Assembly (NCBI GenBank): GCA_044464765.1
Contig: JBIQKZ010000019.1
Span: 4,759-68,758, forward strand
Direction: 5' to 3'
DNA: 64,000 bases
DNA from: Pusillimonas sp.
GTDB taxonomy: Bacteria > Pseudomonadota > Gammaproteobacteria > Burkholderiales > Burkholderiaceae_B
Shown: positions 50,643-61,182 of the stretch, in pieces
Layout of the letters: every line of letters starts with the position of its first letter
How positions within the stretch are numbered: position 1 is the first letter of the stretch
The notes under the pieces: generated by a model
Told to the model about the DNA's origin: nothing
The model's input: the letters and a program-made list of their open reading frames with translations, nothing else
The model's database searches: none
Program-made: the position numbers and the translations under genes

Positions 50643-51103
50643 GCCGATATCGCCTGAATCTCTTTATTCAACCAGAACATGCCAAGCGCCTGGATGAGGT
50701 GGCCGCCAAGAAAGGTGTCTCCAAGTCGTCCATCGTGGCCGCCGCCTTGGCCTCCTGGCTCTCGCCGGACGCAGGCGATCAGCGCGAAGCGGTGATGGCC
50801 AAGCGTCTGGATCGGTTATCACGCCAGTTCGAGCGCCTGGAGCGTGACCAGAATATCCAGATCGAGACGCTGGCGCTGTTCGTGCGCTATTACCTGACGG
50901 TGAGTACGCCGGTACCTGAAGCCCATCAGGATGCCGCCCGCGCCCAGGGCAAGGCGCGCTTTGAGCAATTCATCGAACAGCTTGGCCGCCACCTGCTGCG
51001 CGGTCGCAGCCTGGTGCGCGACGTGGTGGAGGAACTGCATCCCGAGCCGATACGGATGGACGACGCGCCAGTGCATTTCGAAGCACAGGAGCGTGTCTCA
51101 TGA
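50639..51103 (+). CDS. CopG-family ribbon-helix-helix protein
   Basis: N-terminal RHH RLNLFIQPEHAKRLDEVAAKKGVSKSSIVAAALASWL. It overlaps both traG and trbB by 4 nt. Confidence 0.8.
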   Translation: MSRYRLNLFIQPEHAKRLDEVAAKKGVSKSSIVAAALASWLSPDAGDQREAVMAKRLDRLSRQFERLERDQNIQIETLALFVRYYLTVSTPVPEAHQDAARAQGKARFEQFIEQLGRHLLRGRSLVRDVVEELHPEPIRMDDAPVHFEAQERVS

Positions 51104-52152
51104 GTGCTGTCCCGCAGTCTTCTTTGTCCACTTCGCTGGATCGCCGTATCCAGATGCTGCGCACGGCGATGGGGCCGGTGATCGCCGCCGCACTGGAAGA
51201 CCCGGACGTTGTGGAAATCATGCTCAACCCCGACCGCAGCCTGTGGGTGGATCGGCTCTCGTCGGGGCGTACCCCCTTGGGCGTCGAACTGTCCGAAGCC
51301 GATGGTGAACGCATCATTCGTCTGGTTGCCGCCCACGTCGGTGCGGAAGTGCATCGCGGCCAGCCCTTGTTGACCGCCGAACTCCCCGAAACCGGCGAAC
51401 GCTTCGAGGGCATCTTGCCGCCCGCCGCACCTGGCCCGGCTTTCGCGCTGCGCAAGCGGGCAGTGAGCATCCTTAGCCTGGATCGCTATGTGGCCGACGG
51501 CATCCTCACTGCCGAACAAGCCGAGTTTCTGCGGCGTGCGGTACGTGAGCGCCAGAACATCCTGATTGCCGGCGGCACCAGTACCGGCAAGACGACGCTG
51601 GCCAATGCCTTGCTGGCCGAGATCGCCGCCACAGGTGACCGCGTACTGGTGCTGGAAGACACCATCGAACTGCAATGTGCCGCCCGTGACCACGTGCCGC
51701 TGCGTACCCGTGCCGGGGTCGTGTCGATGCAGGAGCTGGTGCGCGCCACCATGCGCCTGCGCCCCGACCGCGTGGTGGTCGGCGAGGTGCGCGGCGGCGA
51801 AGCCCTGGATCTCATCAAGGTCTGGGGCACCGGCCACCCCGGTGGCATCGCCACCATTCACGCGGGCTCCGCCTTGGGCGCGCTGCTGCGCCTGGAGCAA
51901 CTGATTCTCGAAGTCGCGGTGAACCCGCCTCGGGCGCTGATTGCCGAGGCGGTCAACGTCGTGATTCACATCGCCGGACGGGGCCGCAAGCGCCGCGTGG
52001 ACAGTATTGCCCGCGTCATCGGTTTCGATGCGGCGGGCTATCACTTGGCAAATGTGCTGGAAGCATCGCTTTCTGCACTGTCACCTGTTTCCGATGCCGC
52101 GCCCGATGCGGCGATTTCCCCATCCCTCGATCCTGCTGGAGAACTGTCATGA
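51100..52152 (+). CDS. trbB: P-type conjugative transfer ATPase TrbB (VirB11 family)
   Basis: Walker A GGTSTGKTTL, LVLEDTIEL, and RLRPDRVVVGEVRG. Confidence 0.93.
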   Translation: MSAVPQSSLSTSLDRRIQMLRTAMGPVIAAALEDPDVVEIMLNPDRSLWVDRLSSGRTPLGVELSEADGERIIRLVAAHVGAEVHRGQPLLTAELPETGERFEGILPPAAPGPAFALRKRAVSILSLDRYVADGILTAEQAEFLRRAVRERQNILIAGGTSTGKTTLANALLAEIAATGDRVLVLEDTIELQCAARDHVPLRTRAGVVSMQELVRATMRLRPDRVVVGEVRGGEALDLIKVWGTGHPGGIATIHAGSALGALLRLEQLILEVAVNPPRALIAEAVNVVIHIAGRGRKRRVDSIARVIGFDAAGYHLANVLEASLSALSPVSDAAPDAAISPSLDPAGELS

Positions 52153-52526
52153 CGTCTATTGATGCTTTACGTGTTTCTGTAAACCCGCCTTTGCGCCTCG
52201 CACGGCTGCGCCGCTTGGCCCGGCCTGCCGGGCAGGGGCTGCTGTTTGCCGCGTTGATGCTGCTGGCAGCCGGTGCGGTGCAGGCCGCCGGCTCCTCCAT
52301 GCCCTGGGAAGGCCCGCTGCAATCCATTCTGGAGTCGATTCAAGGGCCGGTGGCACGCATCGTGGCAGTCATCATCATTATCGCCACGGGGCTGGCGCTG
52401 GCCTTTGGCGATACTAGCGGCGGCTTTCGCAAGCTGATTCAGATCGTCTTTGGCCTGTCCATTGCCTTTGCCGCATCTTCGTTCTTTCTCTCGTTCTTTT
52501 CATTCTCCGGCGGGGCCGTCGTATGA
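52149..52526 (+). CDS. trbC: TrbC (VirB2-like pilin precursor)
   Basis: 125 aa with a signal/anchor segment plus two hydrophobic helices. It sits between trbB and trbD. Confidence 0.85.
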   Translation: MTSIDALRVSVNPPLRLARLRRLARPAGQGLLFAALMLLAAGAVQAAGSSMPWEGPLQSILESIQGPVARIVAVIIIIATGLALAFGDTSGGFRKLIQIVFGLSIAFAASSFFLSFFSFSGGAVV

Positions 52527-52807
52527 ATACCGGCACCGAAGGCCCATCCAGCTTCGCCCCTGGCTTTGAGATTCCGCTGCACCGTTCGCTCACCGAGCCG
52601 ATTTTGATGGGTGGGGCACCGCGCACTGTGGCCATTGCCAACGGCACGCTGGCCGCCGCCGTGGGGCTGGGCCTGCAATTGTGGATTCCTGGCGTGGTGC
52701 TCTGGATCGTCGGCCATTCTCTAGCGGTATGGGGTGCGCGGGTGGATCCGCAGTTCATGCAGGTGTTCGCGCGCCACATCAAGCACAAACCGCTGCTGGA
52801 CGTGTAG
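52523..52807 (+). CDS. trbD: TrbD (VirB3-like)
   Basis: 94 aa with the pattern IPLHRSLTEPILMGGAPR plus hydrophobic helices. Confidence 0.85.
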   Translation: MNTGTEGPSSFAPGFEIPLHRSLTEPILMGGAPRTVAIANGTLAAAVGLGLQLWIPGVVLWIVGHSLAVWGARVDPQFMQVFARHIKHKPLLDV

Positions 52808-52818
52808 AGGATGACGCC

Positions 52819-55278
52819 ATGCTGAACCTTGCCGAATACCGTCAGCGTCCCGCCTTATTGGCAGATTGGCTGCCCTGGGCGGGACTGATTGCGCCGGGCG
52901 TGGTGCTGAACAAGGATGGTTCCTTTCAGCGCACGGCACGCTTTCGCGGGCCGGACTTGGATAGCGCGACGCAAGGCGAACTGATCGCCACGTCGGCCCG
53001 CTTGAACAATGCACTGCGCCGCCTGGGGTCGGGCTGGGCGTTGTTCATTGAAGCCGAACGCCGTGCAGCGGCGGATTATCCCCATTCGGACTTCCCTGAA
53101 GCCCTGTCCTGGCTGGTCGATCAGGAGCGCCGCGCCGCCTTCGAAGAGGCCGGGCATCACTTCGAGAGTACCTATCATCTGACGTTCGTGTTTCTGCCGC
53201 CCGAGGAATCCCGTGCTCGCGCGGCGGGGCTGCTGTACGAGAACCGTCCCTCCGAAGGTGTGGACTGGCGTGAGCGCCTGGCCGCATTCGTATCGGAAAC
53301 GGATCGCGTCTTTGACCTGCTCGATGGCGTCATGCCGGAAATTTCCTGGCTGGACGATAGTCAGACGCTGACCTACCTGCATTCCACCATCTCAACACGG
53401 CGTTACTGCATCGGTGTGCCGGAAGTCCCGTTTCACCTTGATGCGCTACTGACCGACTCCGCGTTGGTGGGTGGGCTGGCACCGACGTTGGGCGATGCGC
53501 ATCTGCGCGTGGTATCGGTGCGAGGTTTTCCGACTTCCACCTGGCCGGGCATTTTGGATGACCTGAACCGGCTTGGCTTTGCTTATCGCTGGAGCACGCG
53601 CTTTCTGTGCATGGACAAAGCCGAGGCGGAAAAGGAGCTGCGCCGCCTGCGCCGACAATGGTTCGCCAAGCGCAAGAACGTCGTGGCGCTGCTACGGGAA
53701 ACGATTTTCCAACAGGAGTCGCCGCTGGTCGATACCGATGCCAGCAACAAGGCCGCCGATGCGGATGCCGCTCTGCAGGCGTTGGGCAGCGACCAAGTTG
53801 CCTTTGGCTATGTCACCACTACCGTGACGGTGCTGGATGCCGACCCTGCCGTAGCCGATGAAAAACTGCGGCTGGTCGAGCGCGTCATTCAGGGCCGAGG
53901 CTTCGTGACCATTCCCGAGACGCTGAACGCCGTGGATGCCTGGCTGTCATCCATTCCCGGCAATGCCTATGCCAACGTGCGCCAGCCCATTGTGTCTACA
54001 TTGAATCTGGCCCATATGATGCCAGTGTCGGCGGTGTGGGCCGGGCCACAGAAGAACGAGCATCTGGATGGGCCGCCGCTCATTGTCACGCGTACCGAAG
54101 GCGCGACGCCATTCCGGCTGGTGACGCACATCGGTGATGTCGGCCACACCCTGGTCGCCGGACCGACCGGCATGGGCAAGTCGGTATTGCTGGCCGTTCT
54201 GGCTAAGCAATTTCGCCGGTATCCCGGTTCACGCATCTTCGCTTTTGACATGGGCCGCTCGATCCGCGCCACCATTTTGGGTCTGGCTGGCGAGCACTAT
54301 GACCTTGGCAATGATGGCGAGATCGCCTTTCAGCCGTTGGCACGCATCGACCACGAAGGTTATCGCACCTGGGCGGCGGAATGGATCGAAGGGCGTTTGC
54401 TGCACGAAGGCATGGGCGTCAGTCCCGATGACAAGACTGCCATTTGGTCGGCGCTGGGGAGCTTGGCGGGTGCGCCGGTGGAGCAGCGCACGCTGACGGG
54501 CTTTTCCGTACTGCTGCAATCGAACACGCTGCGTCAGGCGCTGGCGCCCTATGTGCTGGGCGGCGCGCACGGCAAGCTGCTGGACGCTGACCATGACCGG
54601 CTAGGCATGGCCGACGTGCAGGGCTTTGAGATGGAAGAACTGATGCACAGTCCCGCCGCTGTGCAGGCGGTGCTGCGCTATTTGTTCGTCCGCTTCGATG
54701 AACGCTTTGATGGTGCGCCCACGCTCTTGATTCTGGATGAGGCGTGGTTGTTTTTGGATGAACCCTCATTCGCCGCTCGCATCCGGCAATGGTTGAAGAC
54801 CCTACGCAAGAAGAATGTCAGCGTTATCTTTGCCACGCAGTCACTGGCCGACATCAAAGGTTCGAGCATTGCGCCCGCGATTATCGAAAGCTGCGCCAGC
54901 CGCATTTTCTTGCCCAACCCGCAGGCAACCGAGCCGCAGATTCGTACGATCTATGAAGGCTTCGGCCTGAACAGCCGACAGATCGAGATTGTGGCAACTG
55001 CTCAACCCAAGCGCGATTACTACTACCAGTCGCGTCTGGGCAACCGTCTGTTCGACCTTGATCTGGGGCCGGCCACGCTGGCCTTTGCGGGAGCGTCCAC
55101 CACACAGGACCAGCGCGACATCGACCGCATCCTGCCGGACGCCGGCGTACCCGGCTTTGCGGATGCCTGGTTGCGCCATCGCGGCCTGGATTGGGCCGCC
55201 GACCTGTTGCCCGAGTTTCCCGGCTTCGCACCTTCAGTCACTGCCGTTCCTCCCCACCTACAGGAGAATCTGCCATGA
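52819..55278 (+). CDS. trbE: TrbE (VirB4-family ATPase)
   Basis: Start at MLNLAEYRQRP (ATG 52819). Walker A GPTGMGKSVLL and Walker B LLILDEAW. Confidence 0.93.
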   Translation: MLNLAEYRQRPALLADWLPWAGLIAPGVVLNKDGSFQRTARFRGPDLDSATQGELIATSARLNNALRRLGSGWALFIEAERRAAADYPHSDFPEALSWLVDQERRAAFEEAGHHFESTYHLTFVFLPPEESRARAAGLLYENRPSEGVDWRERLAAFVSETDRVFDLLDGVMPEISWLDDSQTLTYLHSTISTRRYCIGVPEVPFHLDALLTDSALVGGLAPTLGDAHLRVVSVRGFPTSTWPGILDDLNRLGFAYRWSTRFLCMDKAEAEKELRRLRRQWFAKRKNVVALLRETIFQQESPLVDTDASNKAADADAALQALGSDQVAFGYVTTTVTVLDADPAVADEKLRLVERVIQGRGFVTIPETLNAVDAWLSSIPGNAYANVRQPIVSTLNLAHMMPVSAVWAGPQKNEHLDGPPLIVTRTEGATPFRLVTHIGDVGHTLVAGPTGMGKSVLLAVLAKQFRRYPGSRIFAFDMGRSIRATILGLAGEHYDLGNDGEIAFQPLARIDHEGYRTWAAEWIEGRLLHEGMGVSPDDKTAIWSALGSLAGAPVEQRTLTGFSVLLQSNTLRQALAPYVLGGAHGKLLDADHDRLGMADVQGFEMEELMHSPAAVQAVLRYLFVRFDERFDGAPTLLILDEAWLFLDEPSFAARIRQWLKTLRKKNVSVIFATQSLADIKGSSIAPAIIESCASRIFLPNPQATEPQIRTIYEGFGLNSRQIEIVATAQPKRDYYYQSRLGNRLFDLDLGPATLAFAGASTTQDQRDIDRILPDAGVPGFADAWLRHRGLDWAADLLPEFPGFAPSVTAVPPHLQENLP

Positions 55279-56015
55279 AAACCCGAACGCTATCTGTATC
55301 GCTTGCTGCCGTGCTTTCGGCGTCGTTACTCGCCGCCTCGCCCTCGTGGGCCTGGAGAACGGTATTTGACCCATCCAACTATACGCAGAACACGCTGACT
55401 GCCGTTCGCACACTGCAGCAGATCAACAACCAGATCAACCAGCTTCAGAACGAGGCACAGATGTTGATGAATCAGGCTCGCAATCTGGCGAGTCTGGATT
55501 TCAATGTCGTCAACCGCCTGCGCACCACGCTGGCCGCCACCGAGCGCCTGATCGGCGAGGCGCATGGGCTCAGTTACGAGGTGGCGAACATGGACCAGGA
55601 GTTTGCGCGCCTGTATCCCGACCAGTATGCCGCCACCGTGAGTGGTGACAGCATGGCCCAGGATGCCCGTGAGCGCTGGAAGAATACGTTGAATGGTCTG
55701 CATACTGCTATGCGGGTGCAGGCGCAAGCCTCGCAGAACCTGCGCGATGATGAAAGCACGCTGGCCGATCTGATGAACCAAAGCCAGTCGGTGCAAGGCG
55801 CGTTGCAGGCCATGCAAGCGACCAACCAGCTTCTGGCCTTGCAGGCCAAGCAGGGCATTCAGGCGCAACAGCTTCAGATCACTCAGGACCGTGCCGCCTC
55901 ATTGGAGCTGGCACGTCAGGCAGCGGCCACCGAGCGCGCCCGTGAAGTGCGCCAGCGCTTTCAGGGCAGGGGCACGCCGTATACGCCGCAAGCCGTGAAT
56001 TTCTACGGCAATTGA
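55275..56015 (+). CDS. trbJ: TrbJ (VirB5-like)
   Basis: ATGA overlap with trbE. It has a signal peptide ending in SPSWA and a Gln-rich coiled coil. Confidence 0.88.
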   Translation: MKTRTLSVSLAAVLSASLLAASPSWAWRTVFDPSNYTQNTLTAVRTLQQINNQINQLQNEAQMLMNQARNLASLDFNVVNRLRTTLAATERLIGEAHGLSYEVANMDQEFARLYPDQYAATVSGDSMAQDARERWKNTLNGLHTAMRVQAQASQNLRDDESTLADLMNQSQSVQGALQAMQATNQLLALQAKQGIQAQQLQITQDRAASLELARQAAATERAREVRQRFQGRGTPYTPQAVNFYGN

Positions 56016-56031
56016 TCGGAGCGCTTGAGCC

Positions 56032-57279
56032 ATGAATGACGTGGCGGTGATCGACCGTTTTCTCGCTACCTTTGCGCAGTACATCGACTCGGGGTTTGGG
56101 TTGCTGCAAGGCGATGTGGCGTTTCTCACCGCTACGCTCATCGTGATCGACATGACACTGGCCGGCCTGTTCTGGGCGATGAATCATGCCAGTGGCCAGG
56201 GCGATGACGTGATCGCCAAGCTGCTGCGCAAGGTGCTTTATGTCGGGACGTTTGCCTACATCATCGGCAACTTCAATGTGCTGGCTGGCATCCTGTTCCG
56301 CTCTTTCGCCGGGCTGGGCCTGATCGCTTCAGGTTCGTCGCTCACACTGGGCAACTTCTTGCAGCCCGGACGGCTGGCGAAGACTGGTATTGATGCCGCC
56401 GCGCCCATTCTTGAACAGATCGGCGACATGGCGGGCTTTCCCGAGGTGTTCACCAATATCGACCCGATCGTGGTGATGTTCCTCGCCTGGATGGTGGTGG
56501 TGTTGAGTTTCTTCGTGCTGGCGATTCAGCTTTTCGTGACCTTAATCGAGTTCAAGCTGACCACGCTTGCCGGCTTTGTTCTGGTGCCTTTTGCGCTCTG
56601 GAACAAGACTTCATTCCTTGCCGAGAAGGTACTGGGCAATGTGGTGTACTCTGGCGTCAAGGTGCTGGTGCTGGCCGTGATCGTCGGCATTGGCAGCGGC
56701 TTGTTTTCTGAGTTCCAGGTTCATCCCGACGAGCCGTCCGTCGACTATGCGCTGGTCATTATGCTGGCGTCGCTCTCTTTGCTGGCGTTGGGGATCTTCG
56801 GGCCGGGCATTGCGACAGGGCTCGTCTCCGGCGGGCCGCAATTGGGCGCAGGCTCCATGGCCGGTGCCGCCGTGGGCGCTGTCGGGACTGCTGTTGCCAT
56901 CGGTGCAGCCGCCACGGGAGTGGGTGGGGCAGTGGCAGCAGGCGCGCGCATGGTTCCGGGCGCCGCCCGCATGGCTTCCGGCGCGGCACGCTCCATCGGT
57001 TCAAGCGCGGGCAGCATTCGGTCGGCCTTCCAGACAGGTGCGGCGAGTGGTGGCCTTAAAGGAGCGGCGGGGGAGGCTCCTGCCTCCGGTGCCGGGCAAG
57101 GCGTATCCAGTGGGGCGTCAACGGAGGCAGCCAACCCTACCGCACAACCGGCCTGGGCTAAGCGCCTGCAACGCCGCCAGCAGATGACTCAGGCCGCCAC
57201 GACAGCCGCCCATACGCTGCGCGGCGGGGACGGCGGCGGAGCCGGCCAAGGCCCGAGTCTTCGTGATGCCGATTCATAA
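56032..57279 (+). CDS. trbL: TrbL (VirB6-like) with an Ala/Gly-rich C-terminal tail
   Basis: 415 aa, polytopic, with the low-complexity tail GAGSMAGAAVGAVGTAVAIGAAATGVGGAVAAG. Confidence 0.9.
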   Translation: MNDVAVIDRFLATFAQYIDSGFGLLQGDVAFLTATLIVIDMTLAGLFWAMNHASGQGDDVIAKLLRKVLYVGTFAYIIGNFNVLAGILFRSFAGLGLIASGSSLTLGNFLQPGRLAKTGIDAAAPILEQIGDMAGFPEVFTNIDPIVVMFLAWMVVVLSFFVLAIQLFVTLIEFKLTTLAGFVLVPFALWNKTSFLAEKVLGNVVYSGVKVLVLAVIVGIGSGLFSEFQVHPDEPSVDYALVIMLASLSLLALGIFGPGIATGLVSGGPQLGAGSMAGAAVGAVGTAVAIGAAATGVGGAVAAGARMVPGAARMASGAARSIGSSAGSIRSAFQTGAASGGLKGAAGEAPASGAGQGVSSGASTEAANPTAQPAWAKRLQRRQQMTQAATTAAHTLRGGDGGGAGQGPSLRDADS

Positions 57280-57290
57280 GGAGAACAACC

Positions 57291-57995
57291 ATGCGTTTCA
57301 AACGACCGCAGGTGCGCTATGCCGAATCGCCGCAACCTGCGACCCCTTATCAGTCCGCCGTCCAGGTCTGGGATGAGCGCATTGGGTCGGCGCGGGTGCA
57401 GGCCAGAAACTGGCGGCTGATGGCCTTTGGCTGCCTGTTGCTTGCGCTATTAATGGCCGGTGGCCTGGTGTGGCGCTCAATGCAGTCCACGATCGTTCCT
57501 TATGTCGTGGAGGTCGATAGCTTGGGGAATACGCGGGCGGTCGGCAAAGCGACAGAACCCTACAGCCCGAAGGAGGCTGAGATCGTTACGCATCTTGAAC
57601 GCTTCATCAAGCTTGTTCGCTCGCTGTCTATTGACCCCGTGGTCGTGAGGGAAAACTGGCTTGAGGCCTACCGCTACACGACGGATCGCGGAGCCGCCGT
57701 GCTGAATGAATACGCGCAGCAATCCAGTCCTTTTACGAGGGTGGGTAAGGAGTCTGTATCTGTTGAGGTTTATAGCGTGGTTCGAGCCAGTGACATGACC
57801 TTCAACATTCGCTGGATTGAACGGCACTACGCCAACGGCGCTCTTTCGTCTACGCAGCGCTGGTCTGCCGTCATCACGCTTGTCCATAAGGCGCCGAAAA
57901 CAGAGGACGAACTGAGAAAGAATTCCTCGGGCCTGTATGTCCACGGATTGTCCTGGAGTCGGGATTTGAACGTGTCGGAAGGAGCACAGCCATGA
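57291..57995 (+). CDS. trbF: TrbF (VirB8-like)
   Basis: 234 aa with a single TM segment after about 40 aa and an NTF2-like C-terminal region. Operon position supports the call. Confidence 0.88.
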   Translation: MRFKRPQVRYAESPQPATPYQSAVQVWDERIGSARVQARNWRLMAFGCLLLALLMAGGLVWRSMQSTIVPYVVEVDSLGNTRAVGKATEPYSPKEAEIVTHLERFIKLVRSLSIDPVVVRENWLEAYRYTTDRGAAVLNEYAQQSSPFTRVGKESVSVEVYSVVRASDMTFNIRWIERHYANGALSSTQRWSAVITLVHKAPKTEDELRKNSSGLYVHGLSWSRDLNVSEGAQP

Positions 57996-58984
57996 TTGAT
58001 GTTGCCCGCATTTGGGTTGCACCCTTAACCCTGATCGTCCTCGCTGGGTGCGCTACGCACGGCAAGCCACCCCCGGCCATTTCGCTCGACGAGCCGGTAG
58101 CCGCCGAGCTGCTGCCCGAACCGCCCAGCCCGGTCGAAGTGATTGCCGTGCCCGAACCCTTGGCATTGCCAGCGCAACTGAAACCCTTGCCGGGCACGGA
58201 TGCCGGTAAACCCACGCCTGAACCCGCCGATGAAACCGTGCGGGTGTCCCGCGCCAATGCCGAAGCCCGCGTTGCGCCCACCCGCGAGGGCTACGTCAAT
58301 GCCATTCAGGTCTGGCCCTATAGCGATGGAGCACTCTATCAGGTCTATACCGGCGTGGGCCGCGTGACGGTGATCGCGTTGCAGCCCGGCGAAGAGTTGG
58401 TCACAGTCGCCGCCGGCGACACCGTGCGCTGGATCGTGGGCGATACCTCCAGCGGCAGCGGCGCGGACTTGCGCGTGAACGTGCTGGTCAAGCCCATCCG
58501 CTCCGGCCTGAAGACGAATCTGGTCATCACTACCAGCCGTCGCACCTATCTGCTGGAGCTGACTTCCACCGAAAAGACATGGATGGCGTCGGTGTCCTGG
58601 GAGTATCCGAAGGATCGGATGCTGGCCTTGCAGCGTCAGAATCAAGCGGCGCAAGCCGGTGCGCCTGTCGATACCGGACTGGCCCTGGAAAACCTGCGCT
58701 TTCGGTATGCCATCAGCGGGAGCAATCCACCTTGGAAGCCGCTGCACGCCTTTGATGATGGGCAGAAGGTCTATATCCAGTTTCCGGCTGGCATTGCGCA
58801 AGGAGAATTGCCGCCGCTCTTTGTGATCGGCGCTGAAGGTGACGGCCAATTGGTCAATTATCGCTTCCGCTCGCCGTACTACATCGTGGATCGGCTGTTT
58901 GGCGCGGCTGAACTGCGCCTGGGCGGTGATCGGGGTGACGTGGTGCGCATTGAGCGTACTGATGGTGTGCCGCGGAGGAACTGA
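57992..58984 (+). CDS. trbG: TrbG (VirB9-like)
   Basis: Lipoprotein-like signal (LAGC). The C-terminal beta-rich domain includes the motif YIVDRLF. Confidence 0.88.
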   Translation: MIDVARIWVAPLTLIVLAGCATHGKPPPAISLDEPVAAELLPEPPSPVEVIAVPEPLALPAQLKPLPGTDAGKPTPEPADETVRVSRANAEARVAPTREGYVNAIQVWPYSDGALYQVYTGVGRVTVIALQPGEELVTVAAGDTVRWIVGDTSSGSGADLRVNVLVKPIRSGLKTNLVITTSRRTYLLELTSTEKTWMASVSWEYPKDRMLALQRQNQAAQAGAPVDTGLALENLRFRYAISGSNPPWKPLHAFDDGQKVYIQFPAGIAQGELPPLFVIGAEGDGQLVNYRFRSPYYIVDRLFGAAELRLGGDRGDVVRIERTDGVPRRN

Positions 58985-58986
58985 AC

Positions 58987-60297
58987 ATGAGTGAGGAACG
59001 CGCACCCGATCCAGCCACGCCACAAGCGGCCGATAAAGTGGCACCTGAAGCCGTGGCGCTGCGCGCCCAGCCCCGGTCTGTGACGCGATTGAACCGGCGC
59101 ACCTTGGCCCTGCTGGTGGGCGGGCTGTCGGTGGCGGTGCTGGGCGCTACGATCTGGTCGCTGCAACCCCAGCGACGCGGTGCCGGCACACAGACCGAGC
59201 TCTACAACGTGGACAGGGTGTCAAAATCGGAAGGGCTTGATGCCTTGCCTGCGGACTACTCTATGCTGCCGACACCAGAGGTGCCACCCGACGTGCCGGA
59301 ACTTGGCCCGCCGCTGCCGGGCGACTTGGGACCGGCCATCGTGAATAGTCAGCAGCCAGTCGTCGCCACTTACGCGCAGCCGGGCGTTGATGCCGAAGCT
59401 GCTGAACGGGAAGCGCGGCGCAAAGAGGCAGAAGCGGCGGCTGCTTCGTCGGTGTTCTTCCGCACCGGCCAAGGGCAAACCGGCCAACCTTCGGCGACGG
59501 CTGCGCAAGCGATGCCTGTCGCGCCAGTGATGGACAACGCCTTGGCCGCCTTCGACCCACTGGCAGCAGGCCCAGCTTCTACGGCAGCACAGTCCTCTGA
59601 CCCTACTGCTGCACAGAACCGGCAAGACCAGAAAGAAGCCTTCCTGCAATCCGGCGCTACACAAACCCGTAATTCCGGCGATCTGCAAATGCCGACCTCG
59701 CCGTATCAGGTCATGGCCGGCACGGTCATCGCCGCCGCGCTGGTCACAGGCATCAAGTCCGATCTCCCGGGCGACGTGATCGGCACCGTCACCGAACCTG
59801 TCTATGACTCAGCGACCGGCGCGCATCTGCTGATTCCCCAAGGCTCGCGCATTCTGGGCCGCTACAACAGCCAGGTGAGTTATGGGCAAAGCCGGGTGCA
59901 GGTCGTGTGGAACCGCATCATCCTGCCTGATACGTCCTCGCTCACGCTGGACAATCTGGCGGGCAGCGACCCGGCGGGCTATGCCGGCCTGGAAGATGAC
60001 GTGAATTGGCATTGGGGCCGCATCGTTGGCGGTGCGGTACTGACAACGCTCCTGGGAGTTGGCGCCGAGCTGGCCGCCCCGGAAAACCGCCAGGACGGCG
60101 ACCGTATCGTCATCGCCGGACGCGACAGCGCCCAGGACAGCATCAATCAAGTCGGCCAGGAAATGACCCGGCGCAACATGAATATACAGCCCACGTTGGC
60201 CAGCCGCCCCGGTCTGCCGGTGCGCATCATCGTCAACCGTGATCTGGTGTTGCGGCCATACCAGCCGCTGTTCTTCAACAAGGGAGCATCACAATGA
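58987..60297 (+). CDS. trbI: TrbI (VirB10-like)
   Basis: One TM segment, a Pro-rich linker, and a conserved C-terminal domain (AGTVIAAALVTGIKSDLPG...RVQVVWNRIILPD). Confidence 0.9.
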   Translation: MSEERAPDPATPQAADKVAPEAVALRAQPRSVTRLNRRTLALLVGGLSVAVLGATIWSLQPQRRGAGTQTELYNVDRVSKSEGLDALPADYSMLPTPEVPPDVPELGPPLPGDLGPAIVNSQQPVVATYAQPGVDAEAAEREARRKEAEAAAASSVFFRTGQGQTGQPSATAAQAMPVAPVMDNALAAFDPLAAGPASTAAQSSDPTAAQNRQDQKEAFLQSGATQTRNSGDLQMPTSPYQVMAGTVIAAALVTGIKSDLPGDVIGTVTEPVYDSATGAHLLIPQGSRILGRYNSQVSYGQSRVQVVWNRIILPDTSSLTLDNLAGSDPAGYAGLEDDVNWHWGRIVGGAVLTTLLGVGAELAAPENRQDGDRIVIAGRDSAQDSINQVGQEMTRRNMNIQPTLASRPGLPVRIIVNRDLVLRPYQPLFFNKGASQ

Positions 60298-60536
60298 GCA
60301 CTGTACGAAAGCTGCGGCTTGGGCCGCTACCCAAGACCAAAACCGTCAAGGTGACCTTCATATGTCCGGCCAGCCTGAAAGCCGACCTCGACCGCTATGC
60401 AGCGTTACACGCGCAGACTTACGGGGAAACCGTGAGTACAGTGACGCTGATCCCGCACATGCTGGGGGCGTTTATGGCGGGGGATCGTGGGTTTAGAAGA
60501 GGTGGTGAATGGAGTAACAGGTTAAAAAATGGCTGA
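60294..60536 (+). CDS. DUF2274-family protein (terminal gene of the trb operon)
   Basis: 80 aa reading LRLGPLPKTKTVKVTFICPASLKADLDRYAALHAQTYGE. ATGA overlap with trbI. Confidence 0.8.
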   Translation: MSTVRKLRLGPLPKTKTVKVTFICPASLKADLDRYAALHAQTYGETVSTVTLIPHMLGAFMAGDRGFRRGGEWSNRLKNG

Positions 60537-60632
60537 TTTCAAGCCTTTTGCGAGAGCAGTGCGCCAGTCACATAGAAACTTCCGAAAGCTAGGAGCGCGG
60601 TAGCAAGATGCCTGGAGGCGACCGTATCCAGC

Positions 60633-61157
60633 TTAACCGGCCACAACCTTACGATTCCATGGCATACGCATTAACAGGCGGGCCATTCCGCAGAAACCAG
60701 ATACGCCTGCAAACACGAGGCCTGCGCCGATGGCTGCAGACAGCGCATGAAACCAGGGCGAGACGGTGGCGCCCAGCCCGGCACCCAACAGGATCAACGA
60801 GCCTGCTGCAATCTGCACCTGGCGCTGCAGCTCCATCGGCTGGGAAGCATCTGTCACCACGGGAAGCCCGGCCTTCTTCCAGGCATCGAGTCCTCCGTCC
60901 AGCACATAAGCCTCGCAGGCCGCGCAGGCGCTGAGTGCTTGGGCATTGACTCGCGTACGATTGCCGGATCGGCAGTGGAAAATGACGCCTGCGGTGGCAT
61001 CAAGCGGCGCCGCACTTTTCAGGTGATCCATGGGGACATGGCGTGCGGCGGCGATGTGCTCGCGCGTGTGCTCGTCTGCTGCGCGGATGTCGACCAGGAT
61101 TGCACCTTGATTCACAAGTTCACGCGCTGCTTGAGGGGAAATGGGTTTTAAGGACAT
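60633..61157 (-). CDS. YgaP-like membrane rhodanese (rhodanese domain plus a C-terminal DUF2892-type two-helix anchor)
   Basis: Active-site loop HCRSGNRT. The C-terminal hydrophobic pair is IAAGSLILLGAGLG / AAIGAGLVFAGVSGFCGMARLL. I placed the start at MSLKPISPQ. Confidence 0.8.
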   Translation of the reverse strand: MSLKPISPQAARELVNQGAILVDIRAADEHTREHIAAARHVPMDHLKSAAPLDATAGVIFHCRSGNRTRVNAQALSACAACEAYVLDGGLDAWKKAGLPVVTDASQPMELQRQVQIAAGSLILLGAGLGATVSPWFHALSAAIGAGLVFAGVSGFCGMARLLMRMPWNRKVVAG

Positions 61158-61182
61158 AACGATTGACTCCGAGCGGGCGGGT